A stretch of 64,000 nt of DNA from Eledone cirrhosa (taxonomy: Eukaryota): assembly GCA_964016885.1 (NCBI GenBank), contig OZ024762.1:13826001-13890000 (forward strand), read 5' to 3'. Both the position numbers and the translations under genes were made by a program. Every line of letters begins with the position of its first letter. Position 1 is the stretch's first letter. This document shows, piece by piece, positions 44,263-57,248 of the stretch. The notes beneath the pieces are model-generated. The model was not told the DNA's origin, did no database searches, and was given only the letters and a program-made list of their open reading frames with translations.

Positions 44263-44415
44263 TATGTATATGTTTGAAGTGGTTTTTCTGTTATTTTTAT
44301 AAAGCATTGTGATAAAATTAAATATAGTTGTGATTTAAAAACCAAACAACACGCGTGATGAAATATGTTAAACATGATTCTATACAATATTGTCAGGTTC
44401 ATCAGACCAAATAGT

Positions 44416-44458
44416 TGTCAGATGAGCCTGTGAAATCAGGCGAAACTCCGGGGTAACA
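44416..44458 (+). ncRNA. Hammerhead-like motif with a core point mutation
   Basis: tgt-CAGATGA-GCCTG-tgaaat-CAGGC-GAAA-ctccggg-GTA-aca. Helix II is a perfect 5 bp, the core has U4 changed to A, and helix I is only 3 bp. Confidence 0.5.
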
Positions 44459-44543
44459 TGAGGCGGATTTGGCCTTATTAATAAAAATGTGATAAATCTC
44501 TACTCTGATATGAAACGGATGTACACATATATGCATACTTACA

Positions 44544-44585
<42 letters not shown>

Positions 44586-45265
44586 GGCACACACACGTAC
44601 ACACGTACAGAGAGACATACATACACATTTATGCGTATATGTATTTGGATATGGGAGAGTTTGGAGGGAGACGAGAGTGGGAGGTGGGAAATGTTAGAGA
44701 GGAGGATAGAATTTGAGAAAGAGAGATAGATAGAGATAGTTCGGGGTATAGAGAGAGATAGAGAAAGAGAGTGTCCGCTTACAGTTTCTCTCTTTCTCTC
44801 TTCCTCTGCCCTATCCCTCTCTGTCGCTCTCTCTCCCATCTCTCTCGCACTCTCTTTGTCCTGCTCTCTCTCTCTGTCTTGCTCTCTCTCTCTTTCTATC
44901 TCCCTCTCTCTTTCTCTCTCCTTCTCTCTCTCTCTCTCTCCCTCTCACCCTCTCTCCCTGTCTTGCTCTCGTCCTGTCTCTCGCGCTCTGTGACTCTCGC
45001 TCTGTCTCCCTCGTTCTATATCTGTCTTTTTCTCCTCCTCCCCTTCCCTATCTCTCCCCCTCCTCCCCTCCCACTCACCAATCAGTGTTGATGAACGTCA
45101 TTAATTAGTCATTAATCACGTGTTGACACAAAGGTCACCTTACCATCTGTTACGTGTGGCTGACCTTTCCACCATTGAAATTCCCATATGTATCTGCCAG
45201 GTCATCAGCAATGACCCTTGACACACCTTTCTCTAGTGGGTGTGTGTGGGGCAGATGAGAGGGGC

Positions 45266-45307
<42 letters not shown>

Positions 45308-45573
45308 TCTGTGAGAGAGAGAGAGAGAAAGGATCTGTGAGAGAAAGAGAGAGAAAGGATCTGTGAGAGAAAGAGAGAGATAGGGTCTGTGCGAGAGAGA
45401 GAGAGAGAGAGAGAGAGATAGGGTCTGTGTGAGAGAGATAGGGCCTGTGTGAGAGAGAGAGAGATAGGGTCTGTGTGAAAGAGAGAGAGAGAGAGATAGG
45501 GTGTGTGCGAGAGAGTGAAAGGATCTGTGTGTGAGAGAGAGAGAGTCTGTGCATGTTGTCACCTCACAGCGAG

Positions 45574-45617
<44 letters not shown>

Positions 45618-45619
45618 AT

Positions 45620-45767
45620 TCTAATTTAGTCCAGAAATAGCCGCCGTCGAGACGGCTTGAGCTCTGCCGTCGGGGTCATACATTTTCCTATTACCCACTC
45701 TACTACCCTAGTATTGAGTACTCTGGTGCGTTATGGTCCATCTGGTTCCTTACCACACCTCCTTCGT

Positions 45768-45768
<1 letters not shown>
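45620..45768 (+). mobile_element. Family A element without fold-back
   Basis: Homologous to the other copies and (TA)n-flanked. Confidence 0.82.
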
Positions 45769-45809
<41 letters not shown>

Positions 45810-45985
45810 CATAGAATATGTATATTCGTGTCTGTAACGCTATACCTGTGCATATAGTATATATATTTAATATAGAAATGGCTTCTACAGGACTAGAACT
45901 GTTTCGTTCGGGAGAAATCATCGGGAAGCTTCTAGAGAGATCGCTTGGCGTTGCAATCGAGTTTTTAGCTCCTCTCTCACTCTCT

Positions 45986-46037
<52 letters not shown>

Positions 46038-46054
46038 TATATATATACACATAT

Positions 46055-46100
<46 letters not shown>

Positions 46101-46104
<4 letters not shown>

Positions 46105-46275
46105 AAAAATTGAACGACGTTTTGGGCATAAGCCCTTCTTCAGGTGAAAAGTGTGTGGGAAGAGAGTTCCAAGGGTGTGTAGGGGAGTGGTGGAGAGACA
46201 TATAGAAAAAAGGGGATGAGAGGAAAGGGTACAAATGAAATTAAATATAAAAGCATAATAAAAATAAAAATAAAC
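46101..46275 (-). mobile_element. Family D element with a mutated hammerhead (46116-46143)
   Basis: Minus strand CTGAAGA-a-GGGC-ttat-GCCC-AAAAC-GTC; homologous to 53570-53790. Confidence 0.7.
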
Positions 46276-46510
46276 ACACATATATATATACATATATACA
46301 CACACATATATATATACATACACACACACACACACATATATATACACACATACACACATACATTACAAGGTCAAATATAATAACGATATACATGTAGACC
46401 AGCGAAAGGTGAATGGTATTATTCGTTTAATGCTTAAATGAAAAAGGAAGTCTGTGTACAATAAATGAATATATATATTCCTATATTCTTATATTCCTAT
46501 ATATATATAT

Positions 46511-46688
46511 ATATTCCTATATTTCTCTATTCTTTTATTCTTTTCCTTGTTTCAGTGATTAGACTGCCGCCATGTTGGGGCCAGGCCAATACTTTAATTT
46601 TTCATATCTGCTACTTATCTCATCGACCAATTCTTTGCCCAACCCCTACTTTGCCCTACACATACGTACAGCCTAACCCCACGTATAT

Positions 46689-46748
<60 letters not shown>

Positions 46749-46767
46749 TACATATGCACATACACAC

Positions 46768-46801
<34 letters not shown>

Positions 46802-46881
46802 GAAGTCTGTGGTTTATACTTTCCTTTGTATATATATATATATGCTTATATATATATATGTGTGTGTATGTGCATATGTAC

Positions 46882-46922
<41 letters not shown>

Positions 46923-47124
46923 AACATGTATGACCCCGACGGCAGAGCTCAAGCCGTTTCGACGGCTAATTCTGGACTAAATAAGAATTAGCCGTCGAAA
47001 CGGCTTGAGCTCTGCCGTCTGGGTCATACATGTTCGTATTACCCACTCTACTACCCTAAGTATTGAGTACTTTGGTGCGTTATGGTCCATCTGGTTCCTT
47101 ACCACATTTCCTTCGTTATATATG

Positions 47125-47187
<63 letters not shown>

Positions 47188-47358
47188 GTGGGGTTAGGCT
47201 GTACGTATGTGTAGGGCAAAGTAGGGGTTGGGCAAAGAATTGGTCGATGAGATAAGTAGCAGATATGAAAAATTAAAGTATTGGCCTGGCCCCAACATGG
47301 CGGCAGTCTAATCACTGAAACAAGGAAAAGAATAAAAGAATAGAGAAATATAGGAATA
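46511..47358. repeat. Long inverted repeat (arms about 46511-46685 and about 47185-47358) enclosing a family A element
   Basis: The two arms translate to the same peptide on opposite strands in the ORF track and appear identical by eye. Confidence 0.92.
46920..47117 (+). mobile_element. Family A fold-back element
   Basis: Homologous to the other copies and (TA)n-flanked. Confidence 0.85.
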
Positions 47359-47504
47359 TATATATATAGGAATATATATACACACACACACACACACACA
47401 TACAGTTATACAGACATATAAAGGCTATGTGACGATGCCAAAGACCAAAGACCAAACACCAGTTCATATATCATTAGTGATCTGTAGAAGTTTCATACAT
47501 CATC

Positions 47505-48560
47505 TCTCTCTCTCTCCCACGTCTCTTCCACATCTCTCTCTCCCACGTCTCCTCCACCTCTCTCTCTCTCTCCCACGTCTCTTCCCCCTCTCTCCCACGT
47601 CTCCTCCTCTCTCTCTCCCACGTCTCCTCCTCTCTCTCCCACGTCTCCTCCTCTCTCTCTCCCACGTCCCCACGTCTCCTCCCCTCTCTCTCCCACGTCC
47701 TCTCCTCTCTCTCCACTCTCTCTCCCACGCCTCTCCTCTCTCTCTCCCACGTCTCTCCTCTCTCTCTCCCACGTCTTTTTCTCCCCTCTCTCCCACGTAT
47801 CTCCCACTCTCTCCCAAGTCTCTCTCTCCTTTTTCTCTACACCCACTCTCATTTTCTCCTCTTTCTCACCCACGTCTCTCGCTCTCAATACCGCTCTCTC
47901 TTTCTCTCTCTTTCTATTCCACGTCTCCATCTCAACTTTTCCTCTCTCCTTTCTCTTCACACCCACTGCCATTCTCTGCTCTTCCTCTCCAACGTCTCTC
48001 TCTATCCACTCTATCTACTATCTCACTCTCTCTCTCCTATCTCACAGCCTCGTCTCTCTCTATCGCTCGCCCATATCTCTCCTCTGCTCTCTCCTTGTGG
48101 TATATACCACTCCATCTCTCTCCGTCTCTCTTCCACACGTCTCTCTCTCTCTCCATCTCTCTCACACGTCTCTCTCTCTCTCTCCATCTTTCTCACACAC
48201 GTCTCTCACATACGTCTCCCTCTCTCTCACACGTCTCTCCATCTCTCTCTCTCTCTCCATCTCTCTCTCTCCATCTCTCTCACACGTCTCTCTCTCTCTC
48301 CATCTCTCTCACACACGTCTCTCTCTATCCATCTCTCTCACATACGTCCCTCTCTCTCTCTCCATCTCTCCCACACGTCTCTCTCTCTCCATCTCTCTCT
48401 CACACGTCTCTCTCCATCTCTCTCTATCCATCTCTCTCACACGTCTCTCTCTCTCTCCCCATCTCTCTCACACGTGTCTCTTTCTCTCTCTCTCTCTTCA
48501 TCTCTGTCACACGTCTCTCTATCCACACACACTATCTCGCTCTCTCTCTATCCATCTCTC
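47505..48560. repeat. (CT)n tract punctuated by repeated CCCACGTC/CACACGTC motifs
   Basis: Direct inspection. Confidence 0.85.
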
Positions 48561-48820
48561 TCTCTCTGTCTCTAACACTCTCTCCTGCGTTTCCTCCATC
48601 TTTCCCTCTCTATCCACCATCTTCCCCATCCCTTTATCTCTCTCTCCCCTATATCTCCTCCCCTCCCCCCCCCTATCCTCCCCTACCCCTCCCTCTCTAT
48701 GTTATATATACCCCAAGGTGTAATCTTAGTTTCGAAAATGAAAGATTACAAAACATTTTATCACCACTAATTATTTAGTATTTCACAGCTGACAGGGTTC
48801 CAATCAAATTCTTTTGATGT

Positions 48821-48860
<40 letters not shown>

Positions 48861-48883
48861 TTCATACACACACACACATTCAT

Positions 48884-48914
<31 letters not shown>

Positions 48915-48929
48915 CTGTATATATATATG

Positions 48930-48980
<51 letters not shown>

Positions 48981-49020
48981 CACTATCTATATATAAGGCC
49001 TGTAAATATACATGTAAATG

Positions 49021-49064
<44 letters not shown>

Positions 49065-49167
49065 CGTGTGTGTATAAACTATACGGTATATAGACATATA
49101 ATATATATATACATATATATATAGTCATATACTACTATCATGATTTGTGGTCTCCCTAGTCTCGACA

Positions 49168-49391
<224 letters not shown>

Positions 49392-49541
49392 GTGTGTTTA
49401 CTTTATTTTACAACAATCTACTATATAAGTATATATCGTATCTTTGTCAAATTATATTAGTTTGGAGTTTTTCTCTAAAACTACTCTTCATGCCAACAAA
49501 TGTCCTCGGTGAGAAACTGTTACAGTCTGACTCCCTTCGAC

Positions 49542-50347
49542 CTGGTAGAATCAGCAGCTAAATATCTGGTAGAATCAGCACCTAAATATCTTCCAAATCT
49601 TACCGACATTTGAAAATGTTTCTAGAAAGCTATATAACGTTTGTTGAAATAATTCTGCCCCGTTTGGTCCACAATTATCTTTCATTAATCCGATTTTAAT
49701 ATAACGAGTTGTTTCAAATATATTCTTTGGAATGAACTAACGAAAGGGATTTGTTGAAGAAAACGTATACCTGGTAGAATCAACAGCTAAATATCTGGTA
49801 GAATCAGCAGCTAAATATCTGGTAGACTCAGCAGCTAAATATCTGGTAGAATCAACAGCTAAATATCTGGTAGAATCAACAGCTAAATATCTGGTAGACT
49901 CAGCAGCTAAATATCTGGTAGAATCAGCAGCTAAATATCTGGTAGAATCAGCAGCTAAATATCTTCCAAATCTTACCGACATTTGCAAATGTTTCTAGAA
50001 AGATATATAACGTTTGTTGAAATAATTGTTTCTACTTTTGGAACAAGGCCAGCAATTAACCAGTACATTACGGGTACTTTATTTTATCGACCCCGTAAGG
50101 ATGAAAGGCAAAGTTCACCTCGGCGGGATTTGAACTCAGATCATAGAGGGACGTAACTATGCTGGAAAGCATGTCCGACCGTCTACCGATACTGCCAATT
50201 CGCCTGCCAATTCAACGTTTGTTGAAATAATTCTGCCCCGTTTGGTCCACAATTATCTTTCATTAATCCGATTTTAATATAACGAGTTGTTTCAAATATA
50301 TTCTTTGGAATGAATTAACGAAAGGGATTTGTTGAAGAAAACGTATT
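49542..50347. repeat. Tandem duplication containing a 24-bp minisatellite (2 copies versus 8 copies)
   Basis: Unit ctggtagaatcagcagctaaatat; the following unique segment of about 180 bp is duplicated. Confidence 0.92.
50028..50213 (-). mobile_element. SINE family 1 copy with a 19-bp target site duplication
   Basis: aacgtttgttgaaataatt at 50009-50027 and 50214-50232. Confidence 0.92.
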
Positions 50348-50653
50348 CCTGAATCATACGTTGGTTTTAAATCTTCTTCGTCTTGTTGTGTCCAGAAGAC
50401 TGTCAGTTACAGAGCTTGGCTAGATGTGGTTCCGCTGAACACATTGCTGTCCCTTCTCATTAAACTCTTCCAAGTCCAATACTGTGCAGGGGTGTTCCAG
50501 CAGGGGTCATATCAAAAGGTGCTACGTCGTCGGTGATTCAATGCTGCAGTCACACACAATGTCCCCATCCTATAGAGTAAAGCCACTATATCTACACACT
50601 ATATATACTATACCACACTATATATATACACTATATACATCACACTAAAAGGA

Positions 50654-50870
50654 ACGATCGACTTTTTTTGTCAAATTGGACCGAGGGAACAATGTTTCCG
50701 TTGGTCTTTCCAATTGCTAATACTATCTATCGGTCGCAACTCCAGGTAGAAGGAGCAACGTGAAATAAAGTGTCTTGCTCAAGGACATAACGCATTGCCT
50801 GGTCTAGGAATCGAACTCACAACCTTACGATTGCGAATCCAATTTCCTAACCACTCAGCCACACGCCTTC
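50654..50870 (-). mobile_element. SINE family 2 copy
   Basis: Reverse complement of 39856-40070, with clearer A and B boxes (tggctgagtgg; gagttcgattcc). Confidence 0.85.
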
Positions 50871-50925
50871 ACTACATCACACTATATATATATATATATA
50901 CAACATTATATATACCCTATATAAT

Positions 50926-51040
50926 AGTTCAAATCCCGCCGAGGTTAACTTTGCCTTTCATCCTTACTGGGTCGATAAAATAAAGTACCAGTAATGGACT
51001 GAGTAATTGCTGGCCTTGTGCCAAAAGTAGAAACAATTAT
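50926..51040 (+). mobile_element. 5'-truncated SINE family 1 copy
   Basis: B box, core and tail. Confidence 0.85.
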
Positions 51041-51869
51041 ATACACTATATGTATATACAAGAATAAACGAGTGTTGTTGTGTCCACAAGACTGTCAGTT
51101 ACAGAGCTTGGCTAGATGTGGTTCCGCTGAAGACATTGCTGTCCTTTCTCATTAAACTCTGCTAAGACCAATGCTGTGCGGGGGTTTTACAGCAGGGGGG
51201 AATGAGGAAGTGCTGTTTAGTCTGTGGTTCGATGCCGCAGCACACACAACGACCCCATACCTTATATATCCCCATTTTGCAAGAGTGACTTTTGCACGTC
51301 CAACACATTTCCACACTGAATAGTTTGTATCTGCTCCAGGGGCAGTGCCTTACTTGCTTTTAGCTCCATTAGCTCCATTGTTGTTACAGATGGGAAGTTG
51401 TTAAGTTTTTCTTCCCAGCGAGTGACTCTTTCACAACTCATGCTTGATGTTCCAAGGAGCGTGGCGCTCATTAAGAAACTTTGCCTGGATTTAAGTCTTT
51501 AATGGCGTTGCTCTTAGAGTCCCAGGTCACGTGACTGTCACGTGTTTCCTCTTTCGATCGAAAGTTTGTTCACTTCTTCCTCCATTTTAAATTGTAATCC
51601 AGTCATTGATTCACTCGTGTAGTTAACTGTGAAAACTTTTCATGCTTTTCGTGGAGAACTTTTAATCGTGGTCACCTTTGTAGTTAGGAATATTGGTAAG
51701 CCATTTGATGTAGACAGTCCATAAAACAGTAGGTTCTATTGGTATTTATTTGATATATACATGATGTATATTGCAATTTGGTAGTTTGATATTTTATTTG
51801 ATATCTAGACACTGTACACCCTAGCTGGATATATTGGTATTATGTATATATAAATATATATATATTGAT

Positions 51870-52049
51870 ATGAAAAATTCAGGACCCCGACGGTTGAGCT
51901 CCAGCCGTTTCAACGGCTAGATCTGAACCGTTCGAATCTAGCTGTTGAAACGGCAGAAGATCAGGCGTCCTGAACTTTTCATATTACCAACTCTACTACC
52001 CCAAGTATCGAGTACTCTGGTGAGTAATGGTCTAACTAGTTTTTACCGT
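51870..52049 (+). mobile_element. Diverged family A fold-back element
   Basis: gaccccgacggttgagctccagccgtttc...gaaacggc...ctctactaccccaagtatcgagtactctggtg. Confidence 0.7.
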
Positions 52050-52057
52050 ATGTCTTA

Positions 52058-52317
52058 AGCCATATAAGGCTCATTTGGCCGGTGCTTATCCCGGTTTCAT
52101 GGCGTGAAGTGACTGAGAGTACAAGAACCCTCCCCCCTGGACAGTCCATCGCAGGGTTAAACCCTAAACTATTGCTGGTATTCATTTTCAGCTGTATATA
52201 CTGGAACAACGTGAAAGGAAGTGTTTTGCTCAAGAACACAACACGCAACACAGGAATCGAACCTATGACATTCTGATCGTAAGTCCAAGACCCTTACCAT
52301 TAGGTCACGTGCTTCCA
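52058..52317 (-). mobile_element. SINE family 3 (tRNA head plus Nin/Deu-like body)
   Basis: Minus strand: tgacctaatgg...ggttcgattcc...ttcttgagcaaaacact...aaccctgcgatggactgtccagggggg...gaaaccgggataagcaccggc. Confidence 0.8.
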
Positions 52318-52914
52318 AATGAGCCTTCTGGTTTAAGACAGACTTTAGACTTTAGGATATTTCTATCTCATATGAAATACAAATATAGCCAACTATAATG
52401 TACAATATATTATACGGCAGTGGGATTGAACCCGGAACCAAATGATTGCGAAACACACTCCATAAACTATTTCTTCCCATTGCGTCATCCATTCGTGAAT
52501 AACGTATTTAATAGTAGCAAACAATTATCATATATTATCATATGTCACATTAATCTGGACAGAGCGAGAAATGGGGAGATACATGACTTTTATATTCCCA
52601 TTAAAGCTGTAGAAATTCTTTCAACTGTCTTTGTGCTGAATCGATGAAGAACCGGCTTGTCAGATGCTAGGCCAGTTAAAAGACAGTTTCGTGAAGAACT
52701 CTTTGACGAGATTACAATAGGGCAATTGAATATCTACTGTAAATCATGTTACTAAAATTAACAATTTCGCTTTCGACAGAAACTCAGTTACACAAATTTT
52801 GGTGAAGTAAATAATTTATTGTCAGTATTGGGGGGCGAAAAGGGTCCTTGAACGTCAACTAATCATGTCTCCGTCTATGACATAATATTGGCTGGGATCT
52901 AGAGATATATAGAA

Positions 52915-53005
52915 GGCAATCCAAAAATAGTTTGCTTCTTTATTTAGAAGATATTTGTGCGTTAGGAAGTGCGATATTCTCATAGAACCTACCCGCACAA
53001 ACAAA
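52915..53005 (-). mobile_element. Possible degenerate I-clade LINE ORF2 C-terminal fragment
   Basis: SMRISHFLTHKYLLNKEA resembles the RLRIGHxxLTHxYLLxxE motif; short and judged by eye. Confidence 0.35.
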
Positions 53006-53382
53006 AAAATTGCAATCCTACCGACAGCTGATGTGTGAGAAATTTTGATTTGTTCGTTGAACCCCAAGTTCCCAGTGTTCTGCTTAATGTCCCCCCCCCC
53101 CCCTCTATATATATATAACTGACAACTGGCCCTATTGATCGCCTTCGAGTCAAAAACAATTTTCTCTGTTTTGTTCTTTGGTTTTTTTATCTGATTTCTC
53201 TCCTGATAGCCTCTTGGATTGTGTTTGCCATTATTTCTTTATTATATAACTATTATGCAATATACATCTGATGATGTCACCCATATATTACGTAACCTGG
53301 CCACTGAAATGTCGGACCTCTGTAATAGTAACTCCGTGTTACACACTTTGGATATATATATATATATATATAGTGTATATAT

Positions 53383-53422
<40 letters not shown>

Positions 53423-53662
53423 TTGGGTTTGTTGGTTCACCACTACATAGAACCGGTCATTCTGTGTGGTCAACCTTTCAAGGATTTACACCAGTAAGCC
53501 TCCTGTTATTTTATAATATATGTATATATATATCCTTATTTATATATATATATCCTTATATATATATATAAGTTAAAAACAAAAGACAAAAACAATAACG
53601 AAGAGTGCAGTACAAACAGTGTTGGTATTAGGTTCACGCTTGAGAAGAGGGTGGTGGGGGAC

Positions 53663-53690
53663 GACGTTTCGGGCAAAAGCCCTTCATCAG
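53663..53690 (-). ncRNA. Minimal hammerhead core (family D)
   Basis: CTGATGA-a-GGGC-tttt-GCCC-GAAAC-GTC with a palindromic ACGT helix III; helix I is poorly supported. Confidence 0.55.
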
Positions 53691-53849
53691 GAGAAAGATG
53701 GGGAGGAAAAGTGTTCCGAGGGTGTGAGGGGGAGTGGTGGAAAGACATTAAAAAGGGGGACAAAATTAAAAGGAAAGGAAAAAATGATATAATATATATA
53801 TATATTAAAATATAAGTATTAATAAAATAGATGTTCTTTTGATCAATTA

Positions 53850-53904
53850 CATTTTAATATACATATTTCGGATGTACAACAGTACATCCTCATCAGACAA
53901 AATA
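53850..53904 (-). ncRNA. Type I hammerhead ribozyme motif (family B')
   Basis: tattttgt-CTGATGA-GGATGTAC-tgtt-GTACATCC-GAAA-tatgt-ATA-ttaaaatg. Helix II is a perfect 8 bp; helix I is 7 of 8 bp. Confidence 0.75.
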
Positions 53905-54005
53905 TAATGATACATGACATACCCTGAGATGTTATATGGTTAAGATTTAATCAAGGTAGTATATATATATATATATATATAATGTATAAAAATCAATACA
54001 ATATA

Positions 54006-54083
54006 ATTACCTCATTACCAGAGGTTTCCCGAATGAGGCGAATACGAAATAAACGACTTCATTCGTTCGTCAGACGAGGCAAT
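54006..54083 (-). ncRNA. Type I hammerhead ribozyme (family C), best-formed copy
   Basis: attgcctcgt-CTGACGA-a-CGAATGA(loop)TCATTCG-g-GAAA-CC-tct-G-GTA-atgaggtaat. Helix I is 10 bp with two G-U pairs, helix II is 7 bp, helix III is 3 bp, and the triplet is GUA. Confidence 0.8.
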
Positions 54084-54656
54084 ATAAAACATGGGCAAAT
54101 ACTTAGAAAAACACATCAAGAAAATCAAAAAAAGATATAGATAAATGAAATAGAAATTGAAATATATAAAAACATAGAGCACTCTTCATTTCTATGACCT
54201 TTTCTGTTTCCAACGGAAATTTCAATACATATATATATATATATATAGCGTCTGTGCTGTTGTTTATGAGTCAACTATGTATTTCGTGTGTAAACTGTAT
54301 GGTCGGTAATTAAAAAAAGAATCTATGGTATTTTCTAAAGTAAATATTGAATTATTAAATCCGTTGTTCACTGATTTGTCTTCAAACATGAAATATGTTT
54401 AGAATACTGAAATATTTTTTTCTGATCGATAATTTTGAAAGTAGACTAAGGTAACTATCCGGATCGATATACAAACTAATCATAAATAACACACTGTCCT
54501 TTCACTTCTGTTTCCCTGGGAAGGGGTTCTCATACTTTAATAATTAATTGATTTTTTGGAGGGTTTTATATTTTATATCGAATTTAGTTATTTTAATTTT
54601 TTTTTAACTTTTAATTTTTTAAAAAATATTTACGTTAATGTTTTAATATAAACAAA

Positions 54657-54756
54657 TTTCTTCTTCTTCTTCTTCTTCTTCTTCTTCTTCTTCTTCTTCT
54701 TCTTCTTCTTCTTCTTCTTCTTCTTCTTCTTCTTCTTCTTCTTCTTCTTCTTCTTC
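54657..54756. repeat. (CTT)n microsatellite, about 33 units
   Basis: Direct inspection. Confidence 0.97.
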
Positions 54757-55007
54757 TAATAAACTAAGTAAATACGACAGAATGCCTGGGTAAGCACGTG
54801 TCTATGTGTGTGGGTGGGTGTGTTTATATGTATGTGTATATACGTTTGAGAGTAAGACTGTAAAAATGTGTACGTTTGTGTGTGTGTATGTACATATGTG
54901 TTCCTTCTCACATCAGCCTCCTTACTCCCTACCCTACACATTCTCCCCCTGTGTCTCTCCACCCCATCTCTCTCTCTCTCTCTCTCTCTCCCTCTCTATC
55001 TCTCTCC

Positions 55008-55043
<36 letters not shown>

Positions 55044-55461
55044 TGTTTGACTTACTGCTGTCGTCTTTTTGTCTTTCTCATCGCATCTGCCATTTTCGAC
55101 ACACCCCTCCCCCACACCATATCCACCACCCACCTTCCCCTACACCATCTCCCCCTCCCAACCTACGCCCACCTCCCAAATACCACCAGCCAACCCAGTC
55201 ACCCTGTCTTTCATCTAAAACCCTTCCTCCTCCACACATCTTCTCTACACTTCTTTCTCTCTTTTATTTCGTCTCAAACTATCGAACTATCTTTTCTATT
55301 TCTCTATCTTTCTAGCAATCTCTCTGTATTTAAATCTCTCTCCCTCTCCCTGTCTCAGTCTCTCTCACTATTTCTCCCTCTCTCTCGCTCGCCCTCGAAC
55401 TCCCTCTCTCAGTCTCTCTATCTCCCTCTCTCAGTCTCTCTCTCTATCTCTTTCCCTCTCT

Positions 55462-55513
<52 letters not shown>

Positions 55514-55618
55514 ATTTCTACTTATCTTTCCTGCAATCTCTCTGTATTTAAATCTCTCTCTTTCTCTCCCTCCCTCTCCCAGTCTATCTACTTATCTATC
55601 TAACTCCCTCTCTCTCTA

Positions 55619-55649
<31 letters not shown>

Positions 55650-55976
55650 ATCTATCCATCAATCTCTCCATCTCTCTACATATCTATCTATCTACCCATA
55701 GACGCATAGACATACACACACGCACATATATACACATATATACACGCATATACACACACGCACATATATACACATATATACACGCATATACACACACACA
55801 CACATCCCCAGTCTATCAGAGATGACTCCTTAGCTTAATCGATCGCAATGATCCTGACATGCCTGGGACTCGAACACTTCCATTGTTGTAGAGAAATAAT
55901 ACAAGACACAATAGAAAGGAATAACCATTCTTTTTTTCAGTCACCGGAGCATGACAATTAAACGGCTGATTATATA

Positions 55977-56065
<89 letters not shown>

Positions 56066-56290
56066 GTATATATATATACATATGTATATATATGTATATA
56101 TATATGTGTATATATATGTGTATATATATATATATGTATATATATATATGTATGTATATATATATGTATATATATATGTGTATATATATATATATGTATA
56201 TATATATGTATATATATATGTATATATATATGTGTATATATATGTATATATATATGTATATATATGTATATATATATATATATATATGTA

Positions 56291-56339
<49 letters not shown>

Positions 56340-56433
56340 GTATATATATGTATATATATATATGCGTATATATATATGTATATAATCACATACACACATG
56401 CAATCAAATGTACATATGGTGCATATATTCTGG

Positions 56434-56501
<68 letters not shown>

Positions 56502-56817
56502 GTATATATATATATATATATATACATATATACACACATATACATATATATGTCACATACACACATACATACATACATACACACATACATACGTACACAC
56601 ACATATATGTATATATATATACATATATACACACATATACATATATATATATATATGTCACATACACACACACATACATACATACATACACACATACATA
56701 CGTACACATACACACACATACAGTCACACACACATATCTATCAACTCTGGTTCTATGTTCTATTGTGTCTGTCTGATAAAAATAAATTCCATTCGTTTTA
56801 AATGGTTCTTTTCCTCC

Positions 56818-57139
56818 CCTTCACCCCCCTCTACCGTTTCATTATTGTCTCTCTCCCCTTCACTCTTTCTCTCTCTCTCTCTCCTTCACCCCCTCTACTG
56901 TTTCTTTATTGTATCTCTCTCTCATTCACCCCCTCTACCGTTTCTTTATTGTCTCTCTCTCTCCTTCACCCCCTCTACCGTTTCTTTATTGTCTCTCTCC
57001 TCTTCACTCTCTCTCTCTCTCTCTCTCTCCTTCAACCCCTCTACCGTTTCTTTATTGTCTCTCTCCCCTTCACTCACTCTCTCTCCCCCTCCCCTCCTCT
57101 CTCCCTTTCACCCCCTCTACCGTTTGTTTATTGCCTCTC

Positions 57140-57196
<57 letters not shown>

Positions 57197-57248
57197 TTCA
57201 CCCTCTCTCTTTCTCTCTCCCCCTCTACCGTTTCTTCATTGTCTCTCT
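56818..57248. repeat. Compound minisatellite with (CT)n spacers, about 7 copies
   Basis: ccccctctaccgtttctttattgtctctct recurs. Confidence 0.88.

Noticed and set aside
47429-48778. 449-aa Ser/Leu/Pro ORF and the many YI, CV, HT and LS ORFs
   Set aside because: These are dinucleotide microsatellites that lack stop codons by composition.
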